A stretch of 64,000 nucleotides of DNA from Vicugna vicugna. Taxonomy: Eukaryota. The stretch's first letter is position 1. Each line of letters opens with the position of its first letter. The DNA is taken from contig MU058289.1 of the NCBI GenBank assembly GCA_013265495.1, forward strand, positions 2,479,451 through 2,543,450, read 5' to 3'. Shown here in pieces: positions 24,490 through 38,390 of the stretch. The translations under genes were made by a program, and so were the position numbers. The notes under the pieces were generated by a model. The model had not been told where the DNA came from and did not search any database. It worked only from the letters and a program-made list of their open reading frames with translations.

Positions 24490-25580
24490 AATCTAAATGC
24501 ACCAGGAAATAATGGACAGAGAACACAGTATTCACTGAAAAAGAAATTCAAGTGATCAATAACATATGAAAAAAATGTTTACCTTCACTAATAATAAATG
24601 CAAATTGGAAGAATGGGATATCTGTTGAAGAATGGGATATCTGTTTTTTGCATATCAATTTGGCAGAGATTTAAAAGTAATAGCTTGTGGGAGGAGGGTG
24701 TAGCTCAGTGGTAGAGCATCTGCTTAGCATGCACAAGGTCCGGGGTTTAATCCTCAGTATCTCCATTAAAAAATAAATAAATAAATATACCCAGTTACCC
24801 CCACCAAAAACTAAAAAAAAAAAATTAAAAAAAAAACGTTTAAGCTCAACAATAAAAGGACAGCCCAGTTTCAAAATGGGCAAGGACTCTGAATTGATCT
24901 TTCTCGCTATTCAAAAGATATACAAAATAAGCACGTGAAAAGAGGTTCAACTTCATTAACCATCAGGGAAATAAAAATCAAAACCACAGTGAGATGAATA
25001 ACAACAACAACAACAAAACCCACAGTGAGATGCCACACACCCTAGGTTGGCTATAATAAGAAAGACAGACCATAACAAGTAGTGGTGAGGATAGAGGTAA
25101 ATTGCAACCAACCCTTGTGTATTGTTGGTGGGAATGTAAACTAGGACAGCTGCTTTGAAAATAGTTGAACACTTCCTCAAATGGCTAAACATAGAATGAA
25201 CTATATGACACAGTAGTTCCACTCCTAGATAGATACTCAAGAGAAAGGAGAACATACATCCACATAAAAACTTCCGCGTACAAATTAGCAGCCCTTTTCG
25301 TAAATGCCAAAATGTGAAGAAAAAAGCAAAAAAAATCCAAATGTCCTTCAACTGGATACATAAATGTGTGATGGAGTATTACGGACAAAAATGGGTGAAG
25401 TACTGGTTCATGCTAGCCCATGGATGAACCTTGAGAACATTACGCTAGGTAAAGGAAGTCAATCACAAAAGACTGCATTTTTCTACAATTCCATTTATAT
25501 GAAATGTCCAGAATAAGCAAGTCTATACAGACAGAAAGTGGATTTGTGGTTGCCTAAGGCTAGCGGGGAGATTGGACAGG
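24490..25580 (+). mobile_element. Old L1M 3' region, SINE-interrupted
   Basis: aaaatgggcaaggactctgaa...aaaaccacagtgagat...gggaatgtaaa...catggatgaaccttga. Confidence 0.75.
24688..24836 (+). mobile_element. Vic-1-type SINE
   Basis: gggaggagggtgtagctcagtggtagag...(taaa)n, A tail. Confidence 0.8.
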
Positions 25581-25893
25581 GAATAGAGTGGCTTTCTTTC
25601 CTAGAGGATAATTGGAATGGTATGTGGGGGCTCTTAAAGAGGTTAGACTCCCTGGAATTCAGCCCTTTTACCTTAAAGGAAAAATTTGAGGTTTATAAAG
25701 ATTCGTGTTTACAAATATGCATCAAATAATTATAGATAAGAACAGATACTTGGAAACAATCTAACTGTCCAACAACAAGGAAATGGGCAATATTTTGTGA
25801 TTATTAAAATCATGGTTTTGAGAAACATTTCCTAATAAAGGAAATTTTCATGCTAGAGTGTCAAGTGAGAAAACATGATAGTCTATGTGCCAC

Positions 25894-26440
25894 TGTGCAG
25901 ATAAAGGGTACCATAGCGATTCTAAGGCTGCTTTCCTTAGGAAGACCTGCTTGCAAGTTAGGCCTCTGCCTGGCATCTGGGAACCTGGCTCTTGGAGCGT
26001 TCCCTCCATCCCCTAAGTGATAAAGTCGGCTTGCTGGTCCTGGACTGACAGTGAACACCATATCGTTTACAGCAAACACCTGCTTTCCTTCTGGGAGCCT
26101 AGAATTTTGGAACATACTAGGCAGAGGGTGCCTTGGTGATCAGTCCCTCAGGAAAATTCTGAATTTTATTTTCTAATGGGCCAACCTGGGCAGTGACATA
26201 CGTGTTGCTGCATTTTTGTTGCTGGGGGAAGAGTGTGTTTGTGTGACCCTTCCTTGGAGGGAGAAAGTGTAAGGAAGTATGAACGTGGATTCCTCCAGAC
26301 TCTGCCTCTGTCTTTCCCCCTATGATCCAGCTATGTGTCCTTACTAAACCGCTATCGTAAATCTGAGCCATGAGTGCAGCCTATATGCTGTGTCCTGTGA
26401 AACTCCAAACATGGGGCTGGACTGGGGAACTCCCAACACA
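25894..26440 (+). mobile_element. Solo ERVL-type LTR (MER68-like)
   Basis: TG...CA ends with near-TSD gccac/gcctc; similar to the copy at 35940. Confidence 0.7.
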
Positions 26441-26702
26441 GCCTCTAATGTAGAAAGTAACAATATGCATATATAAAGTAGGTGGGCAGGAAAAAAACCA
26501 ATTCACAGTGGCTGTTTTTGGAGTGATGTTATGATGAATGACTTTTTTATACTTTTCAGTATTTTATAATTTTCCATGTTGATGTTATTATATTTATTTT
26601 CAGAAAGGATGGGTTTTTAACACATTTTCTGTTGTATGATGTGTTGTTATCATTTTTAGAGTGGCTGACCTCTGAAGGGGGGCCTCTCTTGTTTTCCCTT
26701 AG

Positions 26703-26818
26703 GGTTGCAATCCCCTTGCCCAAACTGGCCGGAGCAGACTGCAGAATCAGAGAGCTGCCTTGAACCAGCAGATCCTGAAAGCCATGCGGATGAGAACGGG
26801 AGCAGAGAACCTTCTGAA
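26703..26818 (+). CDS. RHPN2: RHPN2 exon 2 (116 nt, HR1)
   Basis: ccttag|[40 protein letters not shown]|gtaagt. Confidence 0.96.
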
Positions 26819-29800
26819 GTAAGTGTCTGCCAGCTCCACTACCTCATCTGGGAGCCTGGAGTCTCCTGAGACCGATCCATCTGGTCCCTAAACTGCCAGG
26901 CCTGCCTGGCTTCTTCTCAGCTTTTGGTTTTGGCTTTGAGTTTCCTCCTCATTCCTGGCACCTGGAGCAGACCCTTTGTCATCTCGAGCTTAGACATGTT
27001 AACGACAAATATTTTACACAGCCTCTGTGTGTTTGGGGACAGGAGGGCAATGGGGGAAGCGCAATTGCCCTATTATTTGCTGTCCCTGCTTTCTTGGGAC
27101 CCGCCTATTTTCTCTATTGCCTAGCACTCTGTCTGAGCACTGCTTGCTAAATCTCTGATGAACGTGTAAAGAAAAGGCACTCAGAAAGGAGGGAATGGGG
27201 GCATTTCTCTTGCCAGTGTCCGTATCTCTAATTGAGAGGGGCCCTGTGCAGCCCTGCACTCTTAGGTCACTCATTATTAAGCTCTGGTGGTAAAATAGTT
27301 ACTTATCAAGCGTTGGACTCACTGAAGCCTTACCTGTAGGCAGCTATAAGCCCTCCCCACACCCTTCAGTGCCACCAAGACAACGTGGCAGCTTCCTCTT
27401 GTTTACAAAGAATGTAGACTTTCTTCTTCAGAGTTGCTGTCAGCCCTACGCTGCCTTCTGCACTGGGTGTGGAGGCAGCCACTAAGCCTGCTGCCCAGCC
27501 AAGTAGGCAGATGCCTCCTGGAGCTTCAGAAAGAGATGCAGAGTGTTTGCTGGGACCTGGAACCCGGAAGCCTGACCGGGAACCCGGAAACCTGGCAGGA
27601 TATGGATGATGGGTGTTCCCAATGGGTCAGCTTCACTGCTGGAGGACGTAGGGAGCCCTGCAGCTGCTCGGTGGCTGTTGGGAAAAACAAAGACACCAAA
27701 CAGGCTGTTTATCAAAGAGCCCCAAGGCTCTGGTGGTCACAGATACGCATGGATGGTGTGATCTGCTCTTCCATGGGCGTCACTCACCTGCGTGCTCAGT
27801 AAAGACAGAAGGGACGTTTCTGACTATGAACTTGGGGTTGATTTATTTCTGAATCAGTCTGTATTTGCTCTTTAGGAAAGATCTCTGAGGTATGAAGTGG
27901 GGGAAAAGAAAGATGCAGAACAACATGCCCGCATGTGTTTAAAAAGTTCATACGTATGTTTTTGTGTCTGTGCAGACTTTTTCCAAAAAGGGTGAAGAAA
28001 GAAGCTGTCAGTAGAGTGAGCTCTTGGGAGCAAGACCTGGGTTGGGGGGTGGGGGTTGGTTAGAGGTGACTCCTACTTGTCATTTTATCCTTTCAATGTT
28101 TGAATGGATTACTTTCATTCACTTTTATTGTAAAATACTGCAAAAGCCCAGAAAGATAATATAAGCAGCCCCCTGATGCTGCCCCCGGGTCAGGAACAAC
28201 AGTGCTGTGCCTGTGTTGGTTTTGCTGCTCGTGGACACAAATCCTGGGCGGGGGGGGGCACATGTCTGGGAACCTCTTTCTCCAGTTACTTCTGTACCAG
28301 GGGAGAAGGGACATTGTTCCTAAGGAGACTGGGAAGATATTGTACCATTTCCCCTTTTAAAATGTCTGATAGTGTTCCTGTCCCCAGAGCAGTCTGGACC
28401 TGGGAGTTGTCAGGTCTGCTGCACGGCAGATCTCGGCGGCCACTGCAGCTCAGGAGAGGCCCCCAATTTTGGGAGAGGCCTCCGATTTCAGGAAGGCCTG
28501 CCATGCGCTGAGCTTGCGGTGCTAAGAAGGCTGCAGGCGCCCTTCCCTGCTTTCCTGATGCGTAATCTCTTGCAGGGGAGCCTTAATACACAAGCAAACA
28601 AATCCAATCACGTCAGGAGGTGATGTTTTCTAGGGCGCCGATGAAAAGGAAATGTGATAGAGGTTGACGCAGTGCAGCCCGGCCTTGGAGACAGAGGGTG
28701 GTCAGGGAGGCCCTCTCTGACGGAGACTTGGCGTTGCTAAGGCGGGGACTAGGGCGGTTTTGTCTGTCTTGCTCTGTTAATGACACCAGCAAATAGCCTC
28801 TCCGCGGCCCAGTGGCTCAAGCTCATTGTCAAGTCGGTGGTTGTTGAGCTGGCTGGGTGGGGGTGGGGTGGAGTTGTTAATGATTCTCGCAATGACCTAA
28901 AAGTTCAAAGTGCCCCTCTCTGGAGACTGTTGTCAGAGGAAACCCTAAAGGTATTTATTAATCTGACTTAACCGGCACCAACGGTTTCCCAAAAACAAAT
29001 GGGGCATTTAGCCAAGCCCAGCTCTGACCCGTAGGTGTCCCCGGGCGGCCAGTTAGAGAGCTGTCTCTGCCAGCAAAGGGTAGTTTCACTCATAAACTGG
29101 ACCCTGCTGTCCTTTCTGTCCGTCTGTCTGTTTTCTGGTTCCCAAATGTCCCACCACAGCCCCCTGATAAAGTTAGAACAGTTGGAAAGTTTGGGGGGTG
29201 GACATTTGGGAAAATGTCCCCCCAAATGCAGGAATGTGAGGGTCCCAGTCCTTACCCGCAGTGGTAAGGGGGCCTTAAGCCTGGGCAGACACTGTGAGGA
29301 GCTGGGTTTTGTACCCCATCAAGGCCTTCTCTGATGCATAGCAGCCAAGAGTCTGTGGGCTTCCTGGAGTCTGATTAGGAAGGTATCAGATATTTTAAAT
29401 GTACTTTTTCAGGCCAAGCAAGGACAATAATTTTCTCTCTTTTCCTAGCTCCCTTCCCTCCCTGGAGAAAAGCTGGGGTAGAAATGGGATGATGTTTCTC
29501 AGAAAACAGATGGCCTCTGTGAAATTTAAAGCCAGTTGCCACACCATTCAGTTTTAACTAGCTGGTTCTTTGAACGAGGGCGGGTCATTTCACCTCTCTG
29601 GGCTTCGGGCTCTCTTCAGGGGGCCAGGTGGGCATGTAAGAGAGTGAAGAGGGCTGGGACTGGGACTGTGAGCAGCAGGGAGGGGTGGGGACTGTGGTGA
29701 AGTGCAGAGAATATGTTCTCTGGAGGGGCAACTACAATTCAGCCCATACAGAGGGCAGGGCCACAGTTGCCAGATCTTCTGTTTTGTTTTGTTTTGTTTT

Positions 29801-31659
29801 TTGTTTTCTCAGGAGAAGCTAAGAGATATGCCTTTCTTTCTTTCTTTTTTTATCTTCTGACAGTTGAATTTTAAAATACAGGCAACTAGTTAAAGGGGAG
29901 AAAAATAACATTCTGAGAGCCAAGTGAGCAAATAGCATGGACCTCCAGTTTGTGACTTCTGGACCAGAGGCTCATGATGTTCTGGGGCAAGGGTGACCTG
30001 GGGTGGCTTCGGCTATATGAGTGACTTGAGGTTAATGACTACTCACACCATCAGTACTGAGAGGGGCTGACGTCTGTGCAGTGGGGTGCACAAGCCAAGG
30101 CCTTGGGGGCCTGCACCGACTCCGAGGCCTGCCTTCCTACACTGAGAGATGGGCTGGGAGCAGATGTCCTGCCAGATGGGCTGATCTGCTGCCTTAGCCC
30201 AATGGCCACATGAGGGCACCAAGCAGTTCTTGCTCCAGCCTTCCTGAATCCCTGGTAGAGCAGGATTTGGGGTCAGATGGATTAAGGACAAACTGCTCCA
30301 GTAAGGTCTCTGAAGCTGGTAGAAGCTTGTCTTGCCTGTCAACAAGCCTGTTCCTGGAGGGACAATTTTACTAAAAGACTTAAGAGAAAAAAACATTTCA
30401 CTAAAACAAGTGGAGATATATAGGTCAGAATGCAAAATTCACATGCTTCTTTAAGACAAAACATGGAGACGTTAAAGAAATTTTGACCATCATCCCATAG
30501 GAGCATCTTGTGGTGGAAAAGTTCTCAGAAGCTCCAGCTTGAAGGACATGTATGGATGTGGATGGTAGCTTCAGGATATCATTCAATGTGGCTTTCCTTT
30601 TCCTGTTCACACATGGTGACTTGATCATTCATAAAGGGCAAGTGGGACACGTTTTAATTCTTGGCTTTTGCAGCACGTGTATGGGCTTCATGAAAAACCC
30701 AAGGGAGTAGGCCTTTCCTTGATGTCCAGGCCAGAGGGAGGCCATGGCAGGGAGACTCTGGGCAGGAAACAGCTGAAATGCCCTTCCACCTCATCCGGGT
30801 TGGCCTCTTTTGGCCGTAACATCAGTTACCAGACCACGGGGTCTCAGAGGAGGTGTACACCCAAATGAAAGCTGAGAAAAGCCCCTGTTCTTCCAAGAAG
30901 GCCCCTAGAAAGGATTCATTTTCATCTGGAAAGGCAGCCCAGGTGCAAGCACCTGCATTGAGGAGACCAAGGTTCTGGTCTTCATTGCTAATTCGGGCCC
31001 ACTGATGCTATCCTTAGCTATTGCACCAGACTGTACCCCCGCACGGGCACACACACCACATTGAACGGGTGCACCTTATTCGAGAAGTGCCCTCTTGACT
31101 AGTGAATCAGTGAACAAAATCATGACTTGTACTAGAAACAGCTCCCATTCTAGGGTTGATTTCTGAATCATCATTGTAACCCTAAGGTCAGCATCATGGA
31201 CACCATCCCTGAGGGCCCCATGTGGCCACTGACCTTTTCCACTGTGACCTGTGACCCATGACCCACCCAAGGAGGTCCACATCCAAAGAGCATGTTGCGA
31301 ATCCTAAATCTCAAGTTGTTGCCAAGTTGAGCGGAAGGAGAAGTGGCCGATCAATACATAGAGTTGGGAATATCAGGAGGTGGCATTTTTGGAGGTTCTC
31401 CAGGTATTTGGGTGGGACTCTTAGGGCCTAACTCGTCATATTTAAGTTGGACCCATTCTTTTGCTGAGAACCAGTCAATCCCCCCACCCCCACCCCCACC
31501 ACACACACTTACACACCAGTGACAGAGAGAGTGGCGTTGACTCTGCTCTTTCATCCACTGAAATTTTAAGACCCCACCATGTGGAAAGGACAATGCCAGG
31601 TTCCAGGAGAAATACAGAGAAACAGTAGGCAGAGGTTCTTATTATTTTCTATTTATTAA

Positions 31660-31784
31660 TGTTTTTTGAGGGGGGAGGTAATTAGGTTTGTTTATTTATT
31701 TATTCTTAGAGGAGGTACCGGGAATCGAACTCAGGACCTTGTGCATGCTAAGCATGTGCTCTAGCGCTTGAGCTATATCCTCCC
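31660..31784 (-). mobile_element. Vic-1-type SINE
   Basis: gaggtaattaggtttg...gcatgctaagcatg...gagctata. Confidence 0.8.
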
Positions 31785-32270
31785 ACAACAGGCAGAGGCT
31801 CTTGTCCCTCCAGGGGTTACAGTTGTTTGTCTTGCCTCATTCTAAAATGTACATGAGGGCACTTAACTACTCATACACAGCATGTAAGATTAAAGCAGGA
31901 ACAAGTAAGCATATGGGGGCAGGAGGAAGAAGAAGAAAAGAGAAATATAGCTGGAAATAAGGCTAGTACACACTAGAAGGTCTTATATCCCATCTTAGAC
32001 GTGGGCCACAGTTTGCCTCTGAGTTTCCTGGCAGGCAGTGAGAAGGGAGTGTGATCTGGAACACATTTCATACCCATTAGCCAAAAGCCACCCATTTGCT
32101 TCTAAGAAGAAGCTGCCCCAGTACGGAGAGCTGGGAGGACTTGCTTGCACGCTCGTGGACTTTATCGGCTGGTGAATCAGCCCTGTTCTCAGTAACATCT
32201 CTGTAGCTCAGGCTTTACAAGTGGCAGGTTGTGATGTATGGTGTGTAATGAAATCAGTTCAGTGGGTTGC

Positions 32271-33060
32271 TGTGGTATAATAAAAAATAAATATTTGGTC
32301 CTTGTGCCTGGTTGCTGGCACAGAGCCCCTAAAACCCTTGGCATCTCCTGAGTGTCTTTTGTATGCTAATGGGATGACGCCTGATAGGGGAGGGGCCTTC
32401 AGGAGGGAGCGCTATTTGCCAGAAAGACCAAGCCCCACCCCTGGACTTCTGGAGAAGGCAGGGCTGGAGATTGAGTTCGGTCACCAATAGCAGAGGGTAG
32501 GGTATAGCTCAGTGGTAGAGTGTGTGCTTAGTATGCATGAAGTCCTGGGTTCAATCCCCAGTACCCCCAATGATTCAATCAGTTATGTCCACGTAAGGAA
32601 GCAATAACACCTCTTTAAATCTCTGAACTGTGAGGAACTTCGAGGTTGGAGAACAGGTCGAGGGGCTGGGAGGGTGGCCTGCCTGGGGAGGGTGTGGCAG
32701 CTCCGTACCTTCCTTGGCCTATGGCTCTTTTCCATCTGGCTGTTCCTTAGCTGTGCTCTTTAAAATAAACCACAGAGAATGTAAGTAAAATGTTCTCCTG
32801 AGCTTTTTGAGTCATTCTAGTGAATTATTGAACCTGAGAGGGGGTTGTGGGAACCTCTGATTTGTAGCTGGTCTGTCAGAAGTACAGGTGCCCCGCCCCC
32901 CACAACTCCCAACAACTTGTAACTGGCTCCTGAAGTCAGGGCAGCCTTGTGGCACTGAGCCCTTAACCTGTGGGCTCTCTGCTACCTCTGGGAGCTGGTG
33001 TCAGAACTGAATGGAATTGTTGGGCACCCGGTTGGTGTTGGAGAATCAGAATTGGAGAGT
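32271..33060 (+). mobile_element. MER21-like LTR
   Basis: tatttggtcc...ggcacagagcccctaaaacccttgg...aataaacc...gaacctgagagggggttgtgggaacc. Confidence 0.65.
32495..32566 (+). mobile_element. Vic-1-type SINE head, inside an LTR
   Basis: gggtatagctcagtggtagag...gggttcaatccccagtacc. Confidence 0.75.
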
Positions 33061-34407
33061 TTCAAAAAATTTTTTTTGACTTATTAAAGAAGGTATTAGA
33101 CTAGAACAGAATATAGTGGAGTGTGTCTCGTGTGTGGCAGTGTGGTTTTGTGAGACTTTTGTTTTGTGGGGCAAATGTTTATACATGTACTGTGATACAA
33201 AATACATTTCTTACCGGGGGTCATGTCCTTCTCCAAAAAAAAAAATTCTCAAACCAATGATCTTCGCCAAACTGAGTTTCCAATATCTCATCGCCTGGCT
33301 GGGGAGCCCAGACAGGCGCCTGTGAAAACTTACCGGGCAGTGAAGGCAAGTGGTCTTGTAACTGCAGGCAGGTCAAGCTCGGCTTCTTCTGAGGGGTCAT
33401 AGGCTTGTTGTTGATCATGGAGAATGAGCTCAGGCAAGGGAGGGAGAGAGATGAAAGGAAGAGAGGAGATATGAATCCATCGTGGAAAGAAACTGATGGG
33501 CCCAAATATGTCAAACATGTGGCAAGGCAGGGAGAGCCCCAGGGGAGAGGACGCACTGCAGGGCCCGTGGTGGACTTTGCTCTCTGGAGGAAAGGTGGAC
33601 AGGTGGTGAGCAGAGAAGCAGATGGATTTCATCAGCGGGGGTGGGGGGGAGGTGGTCAGGTGCTGTCTCTGACTGGCTGGAGCTTTTGGCTGATGACCCT
33701 CAGGTGTCCTCACTCATGAAATGAGGACAGTTCCAGTACCTGGTCTGAGCCACGTTGGACGACTTGCTGGGATCGTTCAAGGAAACTTGCTTATTAGCAA
33801 GGTCTGGCTTAGTACTTGGTTGTCACTGTCACTGTTAGTTTTGCAGTGATTCCCAATCTGTAAAATGAGGGAGCACCTGAAGGTCTTCACGTACATGTCC
33901 AGACCTCTCCTTTGAGAACTTGGGCAAAGTTTCTTCCTCCATCCTGCTTAACACTGTTCTGTTTTGTTTCTGCTTTGGGGGCTGCTATGAATAATGCTAC
34001 TGTGAACATTCACAATCCTGTCTTGGTTTGGACATATGCTTTCATTTCTCTCATATGGATTCCTAGGAGAGCAATGACTCAGTTGTATGGTAAGTTTATG
34101 TTTTAGCATTTTTCAAAACTACCCAGCAAGTTTCTGTTTTAACATTTTTCAAAACTACCCAGCTATTTCCCAAAGAGGCTGTATCATTTACATTCAGCAG
34201 TGAATGAGGGGTCCAGTTTCTCTCCACCCTCACTAGCACTTGTTATTGTATATCTTTTTCATTATAGCCAATCTAGTGGTTGTGTATTGGTATCTCATCG
34301 TTCTAATATGCATTTTCCAATTGACTGGTGACACTGAGCATCCTTTCATGTGCTTATTAGCCATTCATCTGTCTTCTTTACTTGTCTATGCAAATCTTTT
34401 GCCCATT

Positions 34408-34780
34408 TTATGAATTCAGTAAAGTTGCAGGATATATAAATCAATATAAAGAAATCAGTTGCATATCTATATACACTAATAATGAACTATCAGAAAGATA
34501 AATTAAGAAAACAGTCCCAACACTTGGGCTCTGTTGGTGGGACTGTAAATTGGTGCGGCCACTATGGAAAATAGGATGGAGATTCCTCAGAAAATGAAGA
34601 ATAGAACTGCCATGTGACCCAGCTATACTACTTCTGGGAATTTATCTGAAGAACTTAAAAATACCAATTCAAAGAGATATACGCACCCCTATGTTCACTG
34701 AAGCATTATTTACAAAAGCAAAGATATGGAAACATCCTAAGTGTACATTGATAGATAAACGGATAAAGAAAAAAAGATAC

Positions 34781-34811
<31 letters not shown>

Positions 34812-35506
34812 ATGGAATATTACTTAGCCTCAAAAAAGAATCAAATCTTGCCCTTTGCAACAGTGTGGATGGACCTTGAGGGCATTATGCTAAGTGAAAT
34901 AAGTCAGAGAAAGACAGATACAGTGTAATCTTACTTATACATGAAATCTAAAACAAAGCCAAACAAACAACAAAAACAAGCTCATGAATAGAGAACAGAT
35001 TGGCGGTTGCCAGAGATGGCGGTTTGGAGGGTAGATGAAATGGGTAAAGGTGGTCAAATGGTACAAACTTCCAGTTATAAAATATGTAAGTCTTGGGGAT
35101 ATAATGTATAGCATGGTGACTATAGTAAATAATACTGTGTTGTATATTTGGAAGTTGCTAAGAGAGTAAATCTTTTTGTCTGTTTGTTTGTTTTGGTTTT
35201 GTTTTTGACTGGGGGGAGGTAGTAGGTTTATTTGTTTTTTTATTTTTAGAGGAGGTACTGGGGATGAACCCAGGACCTTCTGTATGCTAAATATATGGTC
35301 TACCACTTGTGTTATACCCTCCCCACTAAAAGAGTAAACATTAGAAGTTCTCATCACAAGAAAAAAAATTCTGTGACTGTGTATGGTGACAGATGTCAAG
35401 CAGACTTATTGTGGCAATCACTTTGCAATATATACAACTATAGAATCATTGTTTTGTACCTGCAACTAGCATAATGTTGTATGTCAGTTATAATTCAATT
35501 TAAAAA
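34408..35506 (+). mobile_element. Younger sense L1 3' fragment nested in the older L1
   Basis: ORF2 end, 3'UTR and A tail. Degenerate TSD aaatcttttgcccatt / aaatcttctgcctatt. Confidence 0.8.
35171..35324 (-). mobile_element. Vic-1-type SINE inserted in an L1 3'UTR
   Basis: SINE body flanked by TAA(G/A)AGAGTAAA repeats. Confidence 0.8.
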
Positions 35507-35939
35507 AAATCTTCTGCCTATTAAAATTTTTTATTATTTATTTATTAATTTTATTTTAGTTATTACTTATTTATTATTTTATTTATTTAATTATTGAATT
35601 TTTATTATTTAATTAACAGAACTCTTTATATATTCTGTATACAAATTCTTTATCAAATATACAATTTGCAAATATTTTCTTCCAGTCTATGGCCTGTCTT
35701 TTTCTTTTTCAAAAAAATGATGTGTTTTGAAACATGGAAGTTTTTAAATTTGATAGAGTTCAGTTTATCAGTTTCTTCTTTTATGAATTGTGCTTTTGGT
35801 GTATAGCTAAGAATACTTTGTCCAGTTCAAGGTCATAAAGGTTTTGGAGTTTTTGCTTTTATACAAAGCTCTCTGATTCATTTTGACTTAATATTTGTCT
35901 TTGGTATGAGATTTAGATTGAGATTTATTTTTTGCCTGT

Positions 35940-36474
35940 TGTGCAGAAAGGAGTTATCATAGCAGACCTGAGACGGATATCCTTAGAAAGCCCTGCTTGC
36001 AAAGTTGGCGCTTGGCTGGTATTTGGAAACTTAGATTTCACGAGAGTTCCCACCATTCCCAGAACAGATAAGAGGGGCTCACTGTGCTTAATTTAAACTA
36101 TTTGCACAAACAATATGATTTATATTGAACAAACTGCTTTCCTTCTAGGGGTGCGGAATTTGGGGACATGCTAGGCAGAGGTGTCTACCTGATCAGCCCC
36201 CAGTAAAAACCCTAAATGAGCTTCCTTGGGAGATAGTATTTTTCACATGTGTTGTCACAACTGTTTGCTGGAGGAATTAAGTGTGTCCCGTGTGACTCAC
36301 TGTGAGACAGAGAGCTCTTAGCAGCGTGTGCATGGCTTCTTCTAGACCTCATCCTATGCACCTTTCCCTTAGCTGATTTTGCTTGTTGCTGTAATAAATC
36401 AAAATCATGAATACAACTATGTTCTGAGTCCTGCAGGTCCTCCTCACTGAACCTGAGGGTCGTCTCGGAGCACA
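35940..36474 (+). mobile_element. Solo ERVL-type LTR (MER68-like)
   Basis: tgtgcagaaaggagttatcatagcag...ccttagaaagccctgcttgcaaag...aataaatc. Confidence 0.7.
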
Positions 36475-37019
36475 ATTACGTCAGCATCATTTGTCAGAAA
36501 GACTGTCTTTCCCCTTTGAATTGTCTTGTCACCTTTGTCAAAATCAACTGACCGTAAATGTAAGGATTTATTTCTGGATTCTGTTCTGTTCCAATGTAAG
36601 GATTTATTTCTGGATTCTGTTCTGTTCCATTGCCTATGCCACGTTGTCTTGATTCCTGAGGATTTAAAGTAAGTTTTAAAATCAAATAACATAAATCCTC
36701 CAACTTGATTCTTCTTCAAAATTGTTTGCTAGTCTAGGTCCTTTGCATTTCCATATACATTTTAGAGTCAGCGTGTCAGTTTCTACTAAAAAGCTTACTA
36801 GGGTTTTGATTGGAATCACATTGAATTGATAGATCATTTAGAGAGAATTGACATCTTGACAATAGTGAGTCTTCCGATGCATTAAATGGAATGTCTCTCC
36901 ATTTAATATCTCAGCAATGTTTTGCAGTTTTCGGTATACAGGTCTTGTGCTTCTTTTCTTAAATTTATTCCTAAATATTTTATTCTTTCTGATACTATTT
37001 TGAGTGAAGTTGTTTTTCA

Positions 37020-37155
37020 GTTTCTTTTGAGGGTGGGGTGGAGAATGTAATTAGGTTTATTTACTTATTTTTTTTTATGACGAAGGTAGTGGGGATTGAA
37101 TGCAGGACCTCACGCATGCTGAGCATGCGCTCTACCACTGACCTGTACCCTCCCC
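37020..37155 (-). mobile_element. Vic-1-type SINE
   Basis: ggggattgaatgcaggacc...gcgctctaccactga. Confidence 0.8.
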
Positions 37156-38261
37156 TTCATTTTCATTTTAAAATTGCTCATTCCTAGTATACAGAAATAA
37201 AAATGGATTTTTGTGTATTGAATTGTATCCTGTGATCTCGCTAAATTTATTATTTCCAGTATTTGTTTTGTGAATGCCTGGGGATTTTATATATGCAAGA
37301 TTATGTCATCTGTGAATGAAGACAGTTTTACTTCTTCTTTCAATCCAGATGCCTTTAATTTCTTTTTTTTTTTTCCTTGAATTTCTTTATTTACCTCATT
37401 GCCACTGGCTTGAACCTCCAGTACAGTTCTGACTAGAAGTGGCGTAGGTGGACCACTTTGCCTCGTTCCTGATCATAAGACGGGAGGCATCAATCTTTCA
37501 CCATTAAGTATGATGTGCGCTGTGGGGTTTTGTAGATGCCCTTTATCAAGTTTTGTAAATTCTCTTTTACGAAAAAAGAGAGGATTTTTGTTGAGGATTT
37601 TTTTCGAGGATTTTTTTCATCATAAATCTGTGTTGGACATGCCTTTTTCCTGCATCTATTGATTTAACAGTTTACTTCTTGTCCTTCATTCTGTTGATAA
37701 AGTATGTTACATTAATTGATTTTCAGGTGTCCTGGGATAAAGCCCACTTTGTCCCGATGTATAATCCTTTGTATACATTGCTAGGTTTGGGTTGCTAGTA
37801 CACTGTTGAGGATTTTTGCATAAAGATTCATGAAGGATACTGATCTATTTTATTTTCTTGTGGCCTACCTCTGGTTTTGGATCAGCTCATAGGATGAGCT
37901 GGGGAGTGTTACCTCCTCCTCTGTTTTCTCTTCCATTTCCTTTTAAGGGAATAATTTATGCTCTCTTGTGGGTGATTGGGAGCAATTCTTTTTTCTCTTC
38001 TCAAGGCTAATTCTTTGCAGAGATGTCTTAGGATTCATGTCTGGCAGCTCAGTGGCATTGGCTGTATCCTAGGTCTGCTGTCTGGCAGGTATGGCTCAAA
38101 ATGGGGCAGGTGCCCAGCATCCCTAAGACAAGTTACCTGATCGCGTCTGGCATCTACATCTGCAGGCAGACCCTCAGAGCCGGGGGGGGGGGGTGTGTCA
38201 GCTCACGTCGCAGTTGGGATGCTTGGCTGAGGATGCTTCTCCACTCTCTCTCTTTTAACAG

Positions 38262-38390
38262 AGCAGCCACAAACCAAAAGGTGCGGGAGCAGGTGCGCCT
38301 GGAACTGAGCTTCTTGAACTCAGATCTGCAAATGCTCAAGGAAGAGCTGGAGGGGCTCAACATCTCGGTGGGAGTCTATCAGAGCACAGA
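38262..38390 (+). CDS. RHPN2: RHPN2 exon 3 (129 nt, HR1)
   Basis: ttttaacag|A AATNQKVREQVRLELSFLNSDLQMLKEELEGLNISVGVYQST GA|gtaagt. Confidence 0.96.

Larger units (their letters stand above)
33960..37930 (-). mobile_element. Old antisense L1M carrying nested insertions
   Basis: Antisense ORF2 remnants (e.g. KKNQVGGFMLFDFKTYFK, NPEINPYIYGQLI). Confidence 0.75.

Noticed and set aside
24608..24645. Short perfect direct repeats (19 bp here; ~21 bp at 34107-34163)
   Set aside because: Two-copy slippage duplications inside old L1 relics. There is no repeat-spacer array, so not CRISPR-like.
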